Shown piece by piece: positions 54,475 through 64,000 of a stretch of 64,000 nucleotides of DNA. Below the pieces are notes generated by a model that did no database searches, was not told the origin of the DNA, and saw nothing but the letters and a program-made list of their open reading frames with translations. Each line of letters begins with the position of its first letter. The stretch's first letter is position 1. This stretch comes from an uncultured delta proteobacterium (GTDB lineage: Bacteria > Desulfobacterota > Binatia > Binatales > Binataceae): positions 176,644-240,643 of the forward strand of contig CAWHWI010000005.1 in assembly GCA_963833025.1 (NCBI GenBank). Direction: 5' to 3'. The translations under genes were made by a program, and so were the position numbers.

Positions 54475-56290
54475 CTACTTGGCGGCCTTCCCGGTTCCCG
54501 ACAGCCGCACCATCTGCGTGCTGCCGGTAGCGTTGTCGGTGATCGTCAGCGTGCCGGTCTGCTTCATCGCCGCGCTCGGCGTGAACGTCACCGTGATCGT
54601 GCACGATGAGTCGGCCGCGAGGCTCGGCATGCAGTCGTTGGTCTGAGCGAACACCCCCGGCGTGTCGGAAATCATCTCGATCAACACCGCAATCCCCGGA
54701 TGCTTCTTCTTGCCCTTGGGATTGGACACCTTGACCGTTTTCGGTTTGCTCGACGATCCGACCGTGGTCTTCGAGAACTTGAGCGACTTCGGCGTGATCT
54801 TGAGCGTCACCGGCACCGCGGTCGCAGTTGGCGTTGCGGTCGCGGTCGCAGTTGCAGTAGGCGTCGCTGTGGAAGTCGTAGTGGCAGTTGCGGTTGCTGT
54901 TTGCGTCGTGGAGGCGGTCGCCGTTAAGGGGTGTGACGGTGGCAGATCCAGAGGTCGTAGCGGTTGCCGTCGCCGTCGCGCTTGCTGTTGCGGTTGCGGT
55001 CGCAGTCGCCGTTGCGCTCGCGGTGGCGGTGGAAGTCGCAGTAGCGGTTGCAGTTGGTGTGGTTGTGGCAGTCGCAGTAGGCGTTGCAGTCGCAGTGGCG
55101 GTTACCGTCGGCGTCGCGGTTGCCGTAGCAGTCGCGCTCGGCGTGGGTACTGCATCGAATTCGTAAGCGCCGATACAACAGTCGGTTTGCCCGGGTGCCG
55201 GACGCCCATAACCGCGCTGGTCGGTGGTCAGCGGATTACCGCTTGCGTCTGTGCAGTAGTCGGCTGGCATGGTAGGGATCTGCGCGATCGCCACACTGCC
55301 CGACTTCAGTGCGATCGTCTCCGTAGGGCCGCCGTTGTTGACCAGTCCGCTGGCGAGCATCGGATCGACGCCGTCACCGTTGTCGGCCGAGCCGGTCTTG
55401 CTGAAGCCGCACGTAGTGTCGTCGGAGATGTTGTAGCCGCGGTCGGTGAAAGCAGCGGGCCTCTGGCTGGCGCAGTTACCGCCAGTCGACGACGCGAGAA
55501 TCGTGCCCTTCAGCGTTGCCGAAGAGTAGCTGACTGTGTTCTCAATGCCGCCGCCATTCCCACTGGGCGCGCTGTTGCTGGAGAAGGTGCTGTTGACAAC
55601 GGTTAGGCCGTCATTGTTGAAAATGGCGCCGCCGCCTTGGCCTGCGCTATTGCCCGAGAAGGTGCTGTTGACAACGGTTAGCCCGCCATCGTTGGAAATG
55701 GCGCCGCCTTGGCCTGCGCTGTTGCCGGAGAAGGTGCTGTTGGTGACCGTCAGCGTGCCGCCGTTGTTGAAGATGGCGCCGCCCGTGTTGCCAGTTCCGG
55801 CAGCGCTGTTGCCGGAAAACGTGCAGTCGCTGACCGTCAGTATCCAATGATTGAGGATGGCTCCGCCGATTGTTGTGGAGCTTGCGCCAATCAAGGTCAG
55901 AAATTGCAGGTTGAGCGTAGCAAATGTGTTCACTTGTATCAGTTGCACCGTACCGCCGCCGTCGATCGTGATTCCCGGCGCGTTCGTCGGGCCGGTGATG
56001 GTCAGCGTGTTGGCGATCTCGGGCAGCATGCTGCCGAGCGAGATCGTGCCGGTTAGCCCGGATTGAAACACAATGGTGTCGGTGCCGGTCCCTGCCGTGC
56101 AGGTGCCGGTGGTGCCGCCGGACGCGTTGGCCGAGTTGATTGCCTCGCGCAGCGTGCAATGACCTGGATTGGTGTCGTCCACGGTGCTTTGCACTGTAAT
56201 CGTCGCCGCGCGCGCCGACTCCGGCATCGCCACGAACATAAACGTCAGCGCAATCGCCGCGAGCGCAAAGCACCGCTCCCGATCTCCCAT
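54475..56290 (-). pseudogene. secreted CSLREA-domain / parallel beta-helix repeat protein with Thr/Ala linker and C-terminal choice-of-anchor-D-like beta-sandwich; reading frame broken by 1 nt
   Basis: Signal peptide, GHCTLREAINSAN and repeated GGAIFNNGGLTVxNSTFSGNSA units. The frame switches inside the TA linker at the GGGG run 54928-54931. Removing one base joins ...SGSATVTPL to TATASTTQTATATA...AVPVTLKITPKSLKF... (ORF 54475..54816). Confidence 0.75.
54817..55150 (-). repeat. imperfect GCN-ACN (Ala-Thr) coding repeat, about 110 codons
   Basis: ATATATATPTVTATATATPTATATTTPTATATATSTATASATATATATATASATATATATT... read from the minus strand. Confidence 0.85.
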
Positions 56291-56544
56291 CGATCCCTAC
56301 CCCACGGCGCATTCGGCCGCATCGGCAAATTTTCAGCAGGAAGCTAACTCAAGCAGGTCCGGCAAAGTCTCCTACCACGCCAACCTACTGTCAAATCGCT
56401 GCAAGCGCGGTCGGCCTTTTCGCGCGTCATCCGCCACCGATTCGCCCCGCAATCAGCTCCGGCAGCAGATAGCCGAACTGGTGCCTCAAGATGATCGCGA
56501 ATCTGCGCGGATGATTCAGCGCTTATAGAATCCACGATTGTTCA

Positions 56545-56747
56545 GGGATGAACTTTTCAGCCTTACGCCCGACCGTCAACCGTGCTTTGATCGCATATGG
56601 TCAACAAGTCAGGATGCCGCAACCTCGCGCATTCGCCCGAACAGCCCCGCCGACTCGTCACCGGCGGTTGCGAGCCCTCACTCGCGCGAAATATTAAATT
56701 GGACGGAACGAAACTACCGATAGTGTTGCAGCCGTCCCAGGACCACA
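56545..56747 (+). repeat. copy B of the conserved non-coding element (see 12147..12332)
   Basis: Same two conserved islands in the same order and orientation. Lies in a 610-nt intergenic region upstream of the sigma-54 activator gene. Confidence 0.7.
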
Positions 56748-56900
56748 AGGGAATGTATAAACAGCTCTTTCCTGGCCGATCGATCCAATCAGACTTGCAC
56801 CGTAACACTCTCGTAATGCTTATATTTTGGGCGGCCCTCAGGACCGTTGGCGACAAGATCGAACTTACTGTTACGATTGTCGCCCGTGAGCACCACCACC

Positions 56901-58408
<1,508 letters not shown>

Positions 58409-58412
<4 letters not shown>

Positions 58413-59026
58413 CGCGGCTGCCATCGCATTTTTACGCGATGATCGATCAGGCGGGCGGGCAAGATCCCGTCTCGCTAGCCGAGTCCCTGCTCGACGCCGG
58501 CGCCCGCCTCATGCAGTTGCGCCTCAAGGATGCGCCCGGGCGCGATTTTCTGGCCGCGGCTCGCGCGATCGCCGAGCTGTGCCGCAAGCGCGGCGCGATT
58601 CTCATCGTCAACGATCGAGTCGACATCGCGATTCTCGCCGACGCGCACGGAGTGCATCTGGGGCAGACCGATCTCCCGCTCGAAGCGGCGAGAAGAATCG
58701 CCGGCCCCGCCATGATGATCGGAATCTCGACCCACAACCTCGAGCAGGCGCGCGCGGCTGAAAATGGCGGCGCGGACTACATCGGATTTGGCCCGATGTA
58801 TCCCGGCGGCCTCAAGAACAACCCCGCCGGGATGGGCCTCGACAGTCTTCGCACGATCCGCGCCGCCGTGAAGATTCCAATCGTAGCAATCGGCGGAATC
58901 ACCGAAGCTCGAGTGCCAGAAATTCTCGCCGCCGGCGCAGACGCCGCGGCAATCATCACCGACGTACTGAAGGCGCCAAACATCACCGCCAAAGTCCGCT
59001 CAATCCTCGCGAGTTGCGTGGAGTAA
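58409..59026 (+). CDS. thiE: thiamine-phosphate synthase
   Basis: LMQLRLKD, IVNDRVDIA, GVHLGQ.D and AIGGI. The start overlaps the upstream stop (ATGA). Confidence 0.9.
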
Positions 59027-59028
59027 CC

Positions 59029-59553
59029 GTGCAATCGACCAAGCAATTTTTCGTCGGCCTGTTCCGCGAGATCGCTCCGGTGATCCTTTTCTTCTTCATC
59101 GCATTCATGCTGATCGGTGTGATGTTCAAGCTTTTCGTGTCGCAATACGAGATTGAGTTCTCAGCTTTCAGCAAAGCGGCAATCGCAGCGCTCATTCTAG
59201 GCAAAGCGGTTCCACTGCTGGATTGGGCGGAATCGGGATACCGGTTCGAAGGCTACCGCCGCATCGTGGTGGTTGCGTGCAAGACTTTTGTCTATGCGTT
59301 GGTCGTGATCGTGCTGGGCATAGGCGAGAAAATCTTCGAAGCCTATCGGAAGGCCGGCAGCCTTGGAGAGGCCGTCTCGAATCTAATCGCCAACGCCAAT
59401 ATCGATCGCTTCATGGGCCTGGTACTGCTCATCAGCCTGGTCGTTTTCATCTATCTCGTGATGCAGGAAATTGAACGCGCGATGGGCGAAGGGGCTCTGT
59501 TCCGTCTATTCTTCAGACGTCCCACCTCGCAGCGACTCCCAGAGTCGCGGTAA
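59029..59553 (+). CDS. hypothetical membrane protein (about 4 TM)
   Basis: GTG at 59029, just after the thiE stop. Hydrophobic helices; no recognised family. Confidence 0.5.
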   Translation: MQSTKQFFVGLFREIAPVILFFFIAFMLIGVMFKLFVSQYEIEFSAFSKAAIAALILGKAVPLLDWAESGYRFEGYRRIVVVACKTFVYALVVIVLGIGEKIFEAYRKAGSLGEAVSNLIANANIDRFMGLVLLISLVVFIYLVMQEIERAMGEGALFRLFFRRPTSQRLPESR

Positions 59554-59566
59554 AGTACCCGTCTGG

Positions 59567-60808
59567 TTATGCCGTGGCTGGTAGGGGCGCCGATGGTTGC
59601 CGAGCTTGCTCGGATTCGAACGAGCGGCACGAATAGGTTACCGCCGCGCCGAGGATGCACATTACGACGAACACTTCGAATGCGGGCACATAGCTGCCAC
59701 TGAGATCGTAAATCTTGCCCGCGCCGACCGGCCCGACGAATGCGCCGAGCGTGTTGAAGACGCCCGCGATGCCGCCGATCGACCCGAAGCGCTTGAGCCC
59801 GAGCGACTCAGCCACCAGCATCGGAACCAGCACCAGCGGTGCGCCCAGCGACAATCCGAAGATCAGTACGAACGGAATCAGCACGGCCGTGCGCGACGCG
59901 CCGAAGATCAGCAGCATCCCGACACACGCGGCCAGAAAGTTGAACGTCAGCGCGATTCGCGCGCTCACGCGATCGGCAAACAGTCCCATCCCGAGTTTGC
60001 CGCCGGCGGCGAACACGTAGATCAAGCTCATCATGCCGGCCGCGAATGACGCGCTGTAGCCGAGTTCGGTGAGATAGGTGATCAGATGCAGCCCTGCGCC
60101 GGCCGCGACGGCGGCGAAAAAGAACTGCGCCGCGGCAATCATCCAGAACGAACGACAGCGGAACGCTTCGCGCAGCTCGAATCCGGGCAACGCGTCGCTG
60201 GCCTGCGCGACGCTCACGCCCTCGGCCTGCGGCGGGCGGGTCCTGACGACGAGGATTATAAGCGGGACGACGATCACGAACATCGGAATCGCCAGCGCGA
60301 CGTATCCCGCGCGCCATCCACCGCGCCCTATCGCGAAGTTCCCGACCATCGTCATCGCGGCGCCGCCGAGCGAGGTGCCCGCGAACGCCAGACCCATCGC
60401 CAGCCCGCGCCGCGCGCCGAACCAGTTGGCGATCACGAGCGAGCACGGCAGCAGCGTCGATGCGCCGATGCCGACGCCAAGCAGGATGTACGCGCCGAAC
60501 AGCGGACCGAACGAATCGACGCGGCTGGCGATGAGGAAAGAGACGCCGGTCATGATCGCGCCGGCCACCATCACGACCCGCGCCTCGACGCGATCGAGCA
60601 GCCATCCGATCAGCGGCGCGCTAAGCCCAGCGGACAACGGCAGCGCGGCGCCCTGCAGCGTCGAGAGCTGTGCGCGCTTCCATCCGAAATGTTTCAGCAG
60701 ATGCGGAAAGAACAGTCCGCCGGTGTTGTAGCCGGAGCCGAACACGAAAACCAGCGTGACGAAAAGGCTCGCGACAATGATCCATCCCTGTCGTTCCCGC
60801 TGCGTCAT
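59567..60808 (-). CDS. MFS transporter (OFA/MCT-like)
   Basis: Start MTQRERQGW at 60808. 12 TM helices; GSGYNTGGLFF and the loop motif GWLLDRVEAR. Confidence 0.85.
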   Translation of the reverse strand: MTQRERQGWIIVASLFVTLVFVFGSGYNTGGLFFPHLLKHFGWKRAQLSTLQGAALPLSAGLSAPLIGWLLDRVEARVVMVAGAIMTGVSFLIASRVDSFGPLFGAYILLGVGIGASTLLPCSLVIANWFGARRGLAMGLAFAGTSLGGAAMTMVGNFAIGRGGWRAGYVALAIPMFVIVVPLIILVVRTRPPQAEGVSVAQASDALPGFELREAFRCRSFWMIAAAQFFFAAVAAGAGLHLITYLTELGYSASFAAGMMSLIYVFAAGGKLGMGLFADRVSARIALTFNFLAACVGMLLIFGASRTAVLIPFVLIFGLSLGAPLVLVPMLVAESLGLKRFGSIGGIAGVFNTLGAFVGPVGAGKIYDLSGSYVPAFEVFVVMCILGAAVTYSCRSFESEQARQPSAPLPATA

Positions 60809-61058
60809 CAAATGCTCCTCGCAGAGAGACTTATACCGACACGCCGCTTGATCGTCGAGTGCGAAAAACCTCAAGTTCGCAGCGAGTCAAGCATAGCCGA
60901 ACAAATCTCAGGGCGAGTGCTCGAATAATCGGCAACGCCATCGCCCGCGCTCGCTGAGCGCAAATGTCGATAGAAAACTCTTGCCCAATTTGACGTTTGA
61001 CCGGCAAATGCGGCTCAGCATAGAGTCCGCACTTAGACAAGGGGGTTACCTAACATCC

Positions 61059-61532
61059 ATGGAAAGCAAAGTACACATTCGTGTTGATCAAATAGAGATC
61101 GATTGCGAAGGTTCTGAAGAATTCGTTCGAGTGGAGCTGCCTAAGATTCTCGACGCCATCGGCAAGTTCAGCCAGATCGCGGAATCGAACAACCGCCGAG
61201 GTGACGACCGCGAAGTTACTCCCAAGAAAGCGACGGTACATGCGGCAACGACCGCAACCGTCGCCACTAAACTGGGCGCCAAAACTGGAGCCGATGTAGT
61301 TATGGCGGCAGCGGCGAAATTATCGCTTATCGACAACCGAGAGGACTTTTCGCGCGATGGTCTGCTCGCGGAGATGAAAAATGCTAAAGGATTCTACAAG
61401 AAAACTTACTCCAACAATCTGAGCTCGTATTTGAGCACTCTGGTCAAGCAAAACAAGCTTCACGAAGTATCGTCCGATTGCTACTCGATTCCTGAAAGCG
61501 TTGCGGGCGAAATGAGGAAGCTGCTTGGTTGA
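61059..61532 (+). CDS. hypothetical protein, C-terminal winged-helix-like region (gene A of the low-GC cassette)
   Basis: ORF 60981..61532; ATG at 61059 (MESKVHIRV) is preferred. The C-terminus ...SRDGLLAEMKNAKGFYKKTYSNNLSSYLSTLVKQNKLHEVSSDCYSI looks wHTH-like. Codon usage is clearly lower in GC than the neighbours. Confidence 0.5.
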   Translation: MESKVHIRVDQIEIDCEGSEEFVRVELPKILDAIGKFSQIAESNNRRGDDREVTPKKATVHAATTATVATKLGAKTGADVVMAAAAKLSLIDNREDFSRDGLLAEMKNAKGFYKKTYSNNLSSYLSTLVKQNKLHEVSSDCYSIPESVAGEMRKLLG

Positions 61533-62253
61533 TCGCCATTCGCTCAAAGATCTACTTGCTAGAAGCGACCTCGAGCGACTCGATAAGGTGCTGCTGATCC
61601 TGTCTTGCGATTCGAATGTCACGAAGCCCGTCGTCAAGGTCCGTGAAATCGCCAGAGAATCCGGTCTATTGAGCGCAAAGAAATGGAATGTCTCTGCGAT
61701 TCTCGGCGACTCACATGGACGCGCAGTCAGAGTGAAAGAAGGATGGGAACTCACTTCCGCAGGCAAGTTGTACGTATCAAGCCTACTTCCTAAAGGCTCG
61801 ACACCTCCTGGTAAGGTGGCGACCGCGTTGCGCGCTGCTCTACCCAAGATTAAGGACGCCGACACGCGTGCGTTTCTATCCGAGGCAGTTGAGTGCCAGG
61901 AACGCGGCCTGTACCGTGCTGCCGTCGTTCTTAGTTGGGTGGGCGCTGCATCATTGCTGTACTTAGAAGTAGTCGACAAGCATCTTTCCGCGTTTAATGC
62001 CGAAGCGACCAAGCGCGATCCGAAATGGCGTCAGGCGAAGAATCCGGATGGCCTTGGACGCATGAAAGAATACAATTTTTTGGAAGTGATCGAAGCACTC
62101 TCGATCATAGGAAAGAACGTAAAGGACGAACTGCAGGGCTGCCTAAAGCTTCGAAACAGCTGTGGTCACCCAAACAGCTACAAACTTGGCGAACACAAGG
62201 TTGAAGCACATATCGAAACCTTGCTTCTGAATGTCTTCGTGCCGTTCTCCTGA
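61525..62253 (+). CDS. wHTH-like N-terminal domain + HEPN-like C-terminal domain protein (gene B of the low-GC cassette)
   Basis: TTG at 61525 is preceded by GAGGAAG and overlaps the gene A stop by 8 nt. The C-terminal helical domain has LKLRNSCGHPNSY, matching the HEPN Rx4-6H motif. Confidence 0.6.
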   Translation: MVDRHSLKDLLARSDLERLDKVLLILSCDSNVTKPVVKVREIARESGLLSAKKWNVSAILGDSHGRAVRVKEGWELTSAGKLYVSSLLPKGSTPPGKVATALRAALPKIKDADTRAFLSEAVECQERGLYRAAVVLSWVGAASLLYLEVVDKHLSAFNAEATKRDPKWRQAKNPDGLGRMKEYNFLEVIEALSIIGKNVKDELQGCLKLRNSCGHPNSYKLGEHKVEAHIETLLLNVFVPFS

Positions 62254-62282
62254 ACCGCGTCCTTGATACAGGTGGCCAGCGA

Positions 62283-62957
62283 CTATTCGAGCGCGGTAAT
62301 CGGGATGAAGCCTTCGAGGCCGCTCTTCATCCGGATTCTCATGTAGTTCAGCGCAATGCCGACGACGTGAACATTGTGCCCCTGGTGAACTTCGGCGAGC
62401 TTCTTGGCCCATCGATTTGGTTTGTCCACTACGGCCGCGTTGTGGCTCAGCACGAAGACTTTGTCGGCGGGCTTCACGACTTCGACCGCCGCCGGATCTA
62501 TGTAGCCGGTCTGCCCGGACTTGAGCCTCACCTGCAGATAGTAGTGAGTGGAGCCGGTCACTTCGACGAATTTATCGCGCGTCAGCTGCTCGATATGCTT
62601 GCTGCTCTTCGTGGGCGCGGAATAGACGGGCGCATCCTCGAGCACCTTCAGCCGCGCTTGCGCCGGCTCGATTTCCGGTGCGCGGGCGCCGTGCCCGCTC
62701 GACGCGCGATGCGCATGGGTCGTCGCCGGAGGGGGCATCATTACGCCGGATTCGCCTGGCGCCGACGGGCTCGTCGCCGAAGATGGAGAATTGACCGGCG
62801 CAGCACCGCTCGGGCCTTCCGCGGGGACGATCGAAGTCGAAGGGATGTCTTCCTCGCCGATTCCCGCCGCGAAGGTCGGCGCCGACAACGCGAGCGTCGC
62901 CACTGCAGCGGCCAGCAGAGCCGTCATGCGCGCTGAACGAAAATTACGATGGACCAT
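62283..62957 (-). CDS. secreted protein with two SH3b-like domains
   Basis: ATG at 62957 with GGAGGAAGAGGAAG upstream. Signal peptide, a Pro/Ser linker, then two ~60-aa repeats (LKVLEDAPVYSAP...GYIDPAAVEVV and VLSHNAAVVDKP...GFIPITAL). Confidence 0.65.
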   Translation of the reverse strand: MVHRNFRSARMTALLAAAVATLALSAPTFAAGIGEEDIPSTSIVPAEGPSGAAPVNSPSSATSPSAPGESGVMMPPPATTHAHRASSGHGARAPEIEPAQARLKVLEDAPVYSAPTKSSKHIEQLTRDKFVEVTGSTHYYLQVRLKSGQTGYIDPAAVEVVKPADKVFVLSHNAAVVDKPNRWAKKLAEVHQGHNVHVVGIALNYMRIRMKSGLEGFIPITALE

Positions 62958-63000
62958 CTTCCTCTTCCTCCGCTCCTCAACTTGCGGAGCAAATTCTATT

Positions 63001-64000
63001 CTAGCAGGCTCCGCACACAGTGCACCGCTCGACGTCGCACGGCGGGCTCTGATGCTCGTGATGCGCTTTCTTCCGTTCGGCGAGCAGGAACCATTTGTAA
63101 ATGTGATGATCGATAAAGTCCCACGGCAGCAATTCGTCGTGAACGTAGTGGCGCGTAACGAAGAAATCAGGATCCGGCAACGATGAAGTCTCGCCTGCCT
63201 CGACTTCGCGATGAATCTTCGACAACTCGTGCCAGATGGGCCCCGCGCTTTCGCATCCTGCGGCCTCGAGCCGTTCGAGGATGCCGCTGACGCGGCGATC
63301 GCCTCGCGAGACCATGGTCTGGAAATATGCTTCGCGCGGCGACTCCGCGTCGAGTTCGACTTGTCCCAACCGCGTAAGGCGTTGGCGCAGCATCGCCACC
63401 TTGCGCTTGATCGATCGCGCGTCCTCCATCGGATCCCATTGGAACGGCGTCCACGGCTTGGGCACAAACGGGTTGAGCGACACCGTCACGGAGCCGATAC
63501 GCGTGCGGCGCGCGCGTGCGCGCTCGAGCACCTTGGCGACCAGGTCCGCAATCGCGAGCACGTCCTCGTCGCGCTCCTCGGGCAGGCCGATCATGAAATA
63601 AAACTTCAGGTTGCCGACGCCCTCGCCCAGCATCATCTCGGCAGCGTGCAGAATTTCGGCCTCAGTAAGATTTTTGTTGATGACCTTGCGCATCCGCTCG
63701 CTGCCCGCCTCCGGCGCAACCGTCACGCTCTGATTTCCGCCGCGCGCCAACGCCGACGCGAGCGCGGGCGAAATGCAATCGGCCTTCAGCGACGACGGCG
63801 ACAGCCGCCCGCCGCGATCGACGACCGCAGATGCGACCTCGGCGACGCCGGGCACACTCGCCATCTCGGCGCCGACCAGGCCGATCACCTTGCGCTCGCC
63901 AAGACCGCGCTCGGCCTCGGCGATCAGCATTTCGGGCGCGCGATAACGTATCGGGCGATACATGAAACCCGCCGCGCAGAACCGGCATCCCCACTGGCAT
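63001..64000 (-). CDS. radical SAM protein (5' end beyond the window)
   Basis: The frame stays open to base 64000. CQWGCRFC (CxxxCxxC) is encoded at about 63964-63999. The downstream TIM-barrel region and C-terminal Cys cluster CDVERCTVCGAC are present. Confidence 0.85.
   Translation of the reverse strand, partial: CQWGCRFCAAGFMYRPIRYRAPEMLIAEAERGLGERKVIGLVGAEMASVPGVAEVASAVVDRGGRLSPSSLKADCISPALASALARGGNQSVTVAPEAGSERMRKVINKNLTEAEILHAAEMMLGEGVGNLKFYFMIGLPEERDEDVLAIADLVAKVLERARARRTRIGSVTVSLNPFVPKPWTPFQWDPMEDARSIKRKVAMLRQRLTRLGQVELDAESPREAYFQTMVSRGDRRVSGILERLEAAGCESAGPIWHELSKIHREVEAGETSSLPDPDFFVTRHYVHDELLPWDFIDHHIYKWFLLAERKKAHHEHQSPPCDVERCTVCGAC

Noticed and set aside
54817-55150. Repetitive GCN-ACN tract considered as a tandem repeat or CRISPR-like array
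   Set aside because: There is no repeat-spacer periodicity. It is an in-frame Ala/Thr linker within a coding gene.

Overview
High-GC bacterial chromosomal segment, roughly mid-60s %GC judged by eye and not computed. It is densely coded on both strands, with about 70 supportable genes, one tRNA and one IS element. I saw no rRNA and no CRISPR array. Most genes are ordinary metabolic, envelope or regulatory genes. These include a catalase-like/cytochrome b561 pair, a CPA2 antiporter, aqpZ, YceI, and an extradiol dioxygenase with two adjacent acyl-CoA dehydrogenases. There are also two family-III CoA-transferases, hotdog/MaoC/MAPEG/DsbA-like genes, pepP, ispF, moeA, thiE, an NtrB/NtrC-like pair, a hybrid histidine kinase, and an ECF transporter operon ending in a deoxyhypusine-synthase-like gene. 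The most interesting items are: (1) A low-GC two-gene cassette at about 60.9-62.3 kb. It encodes a small wHTH-like protein translationally coupled to a wHTH + HEPN (Rx4H) protein, and is my best candidate for an uncharacterised toxin/defence module. (2) A ~200-300 bp non-coding element present twice (12.15-12.44 kb and 56.54-56.86 kb), with two near-identical sequence islands. It may be a structured RNA or a shared regulatory leader. (3) An IS110-family element that appears to sit inside a REP-like composite repeat. A related repeat copy without an IS lies at 54.33-54.45 kb, and the element has a ~200 nt 5' non-coding end that could encode a bridge RNA. (4) An RcnR-fingerprint (H3-C35-H60-H64) repressor with a G-tract palindromic operator, upstream of a P1B ATPase that lacks the canonical CPx motif. 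(5) An APH-fold phosphotransferase in which both catalytic Asp residues are Asn. (6) Three genes (MocR-type regulator, CoA-transferase, secreted beta-helix protein) each broken by a single-base indel in a short G/C run. These are either real pseudogenes or assembly errors. (7) Several families of hairpin repeats in intergenic regions. Many long ORFs in the six-frame track are antisense artefacts of the high GC content and were rejected.
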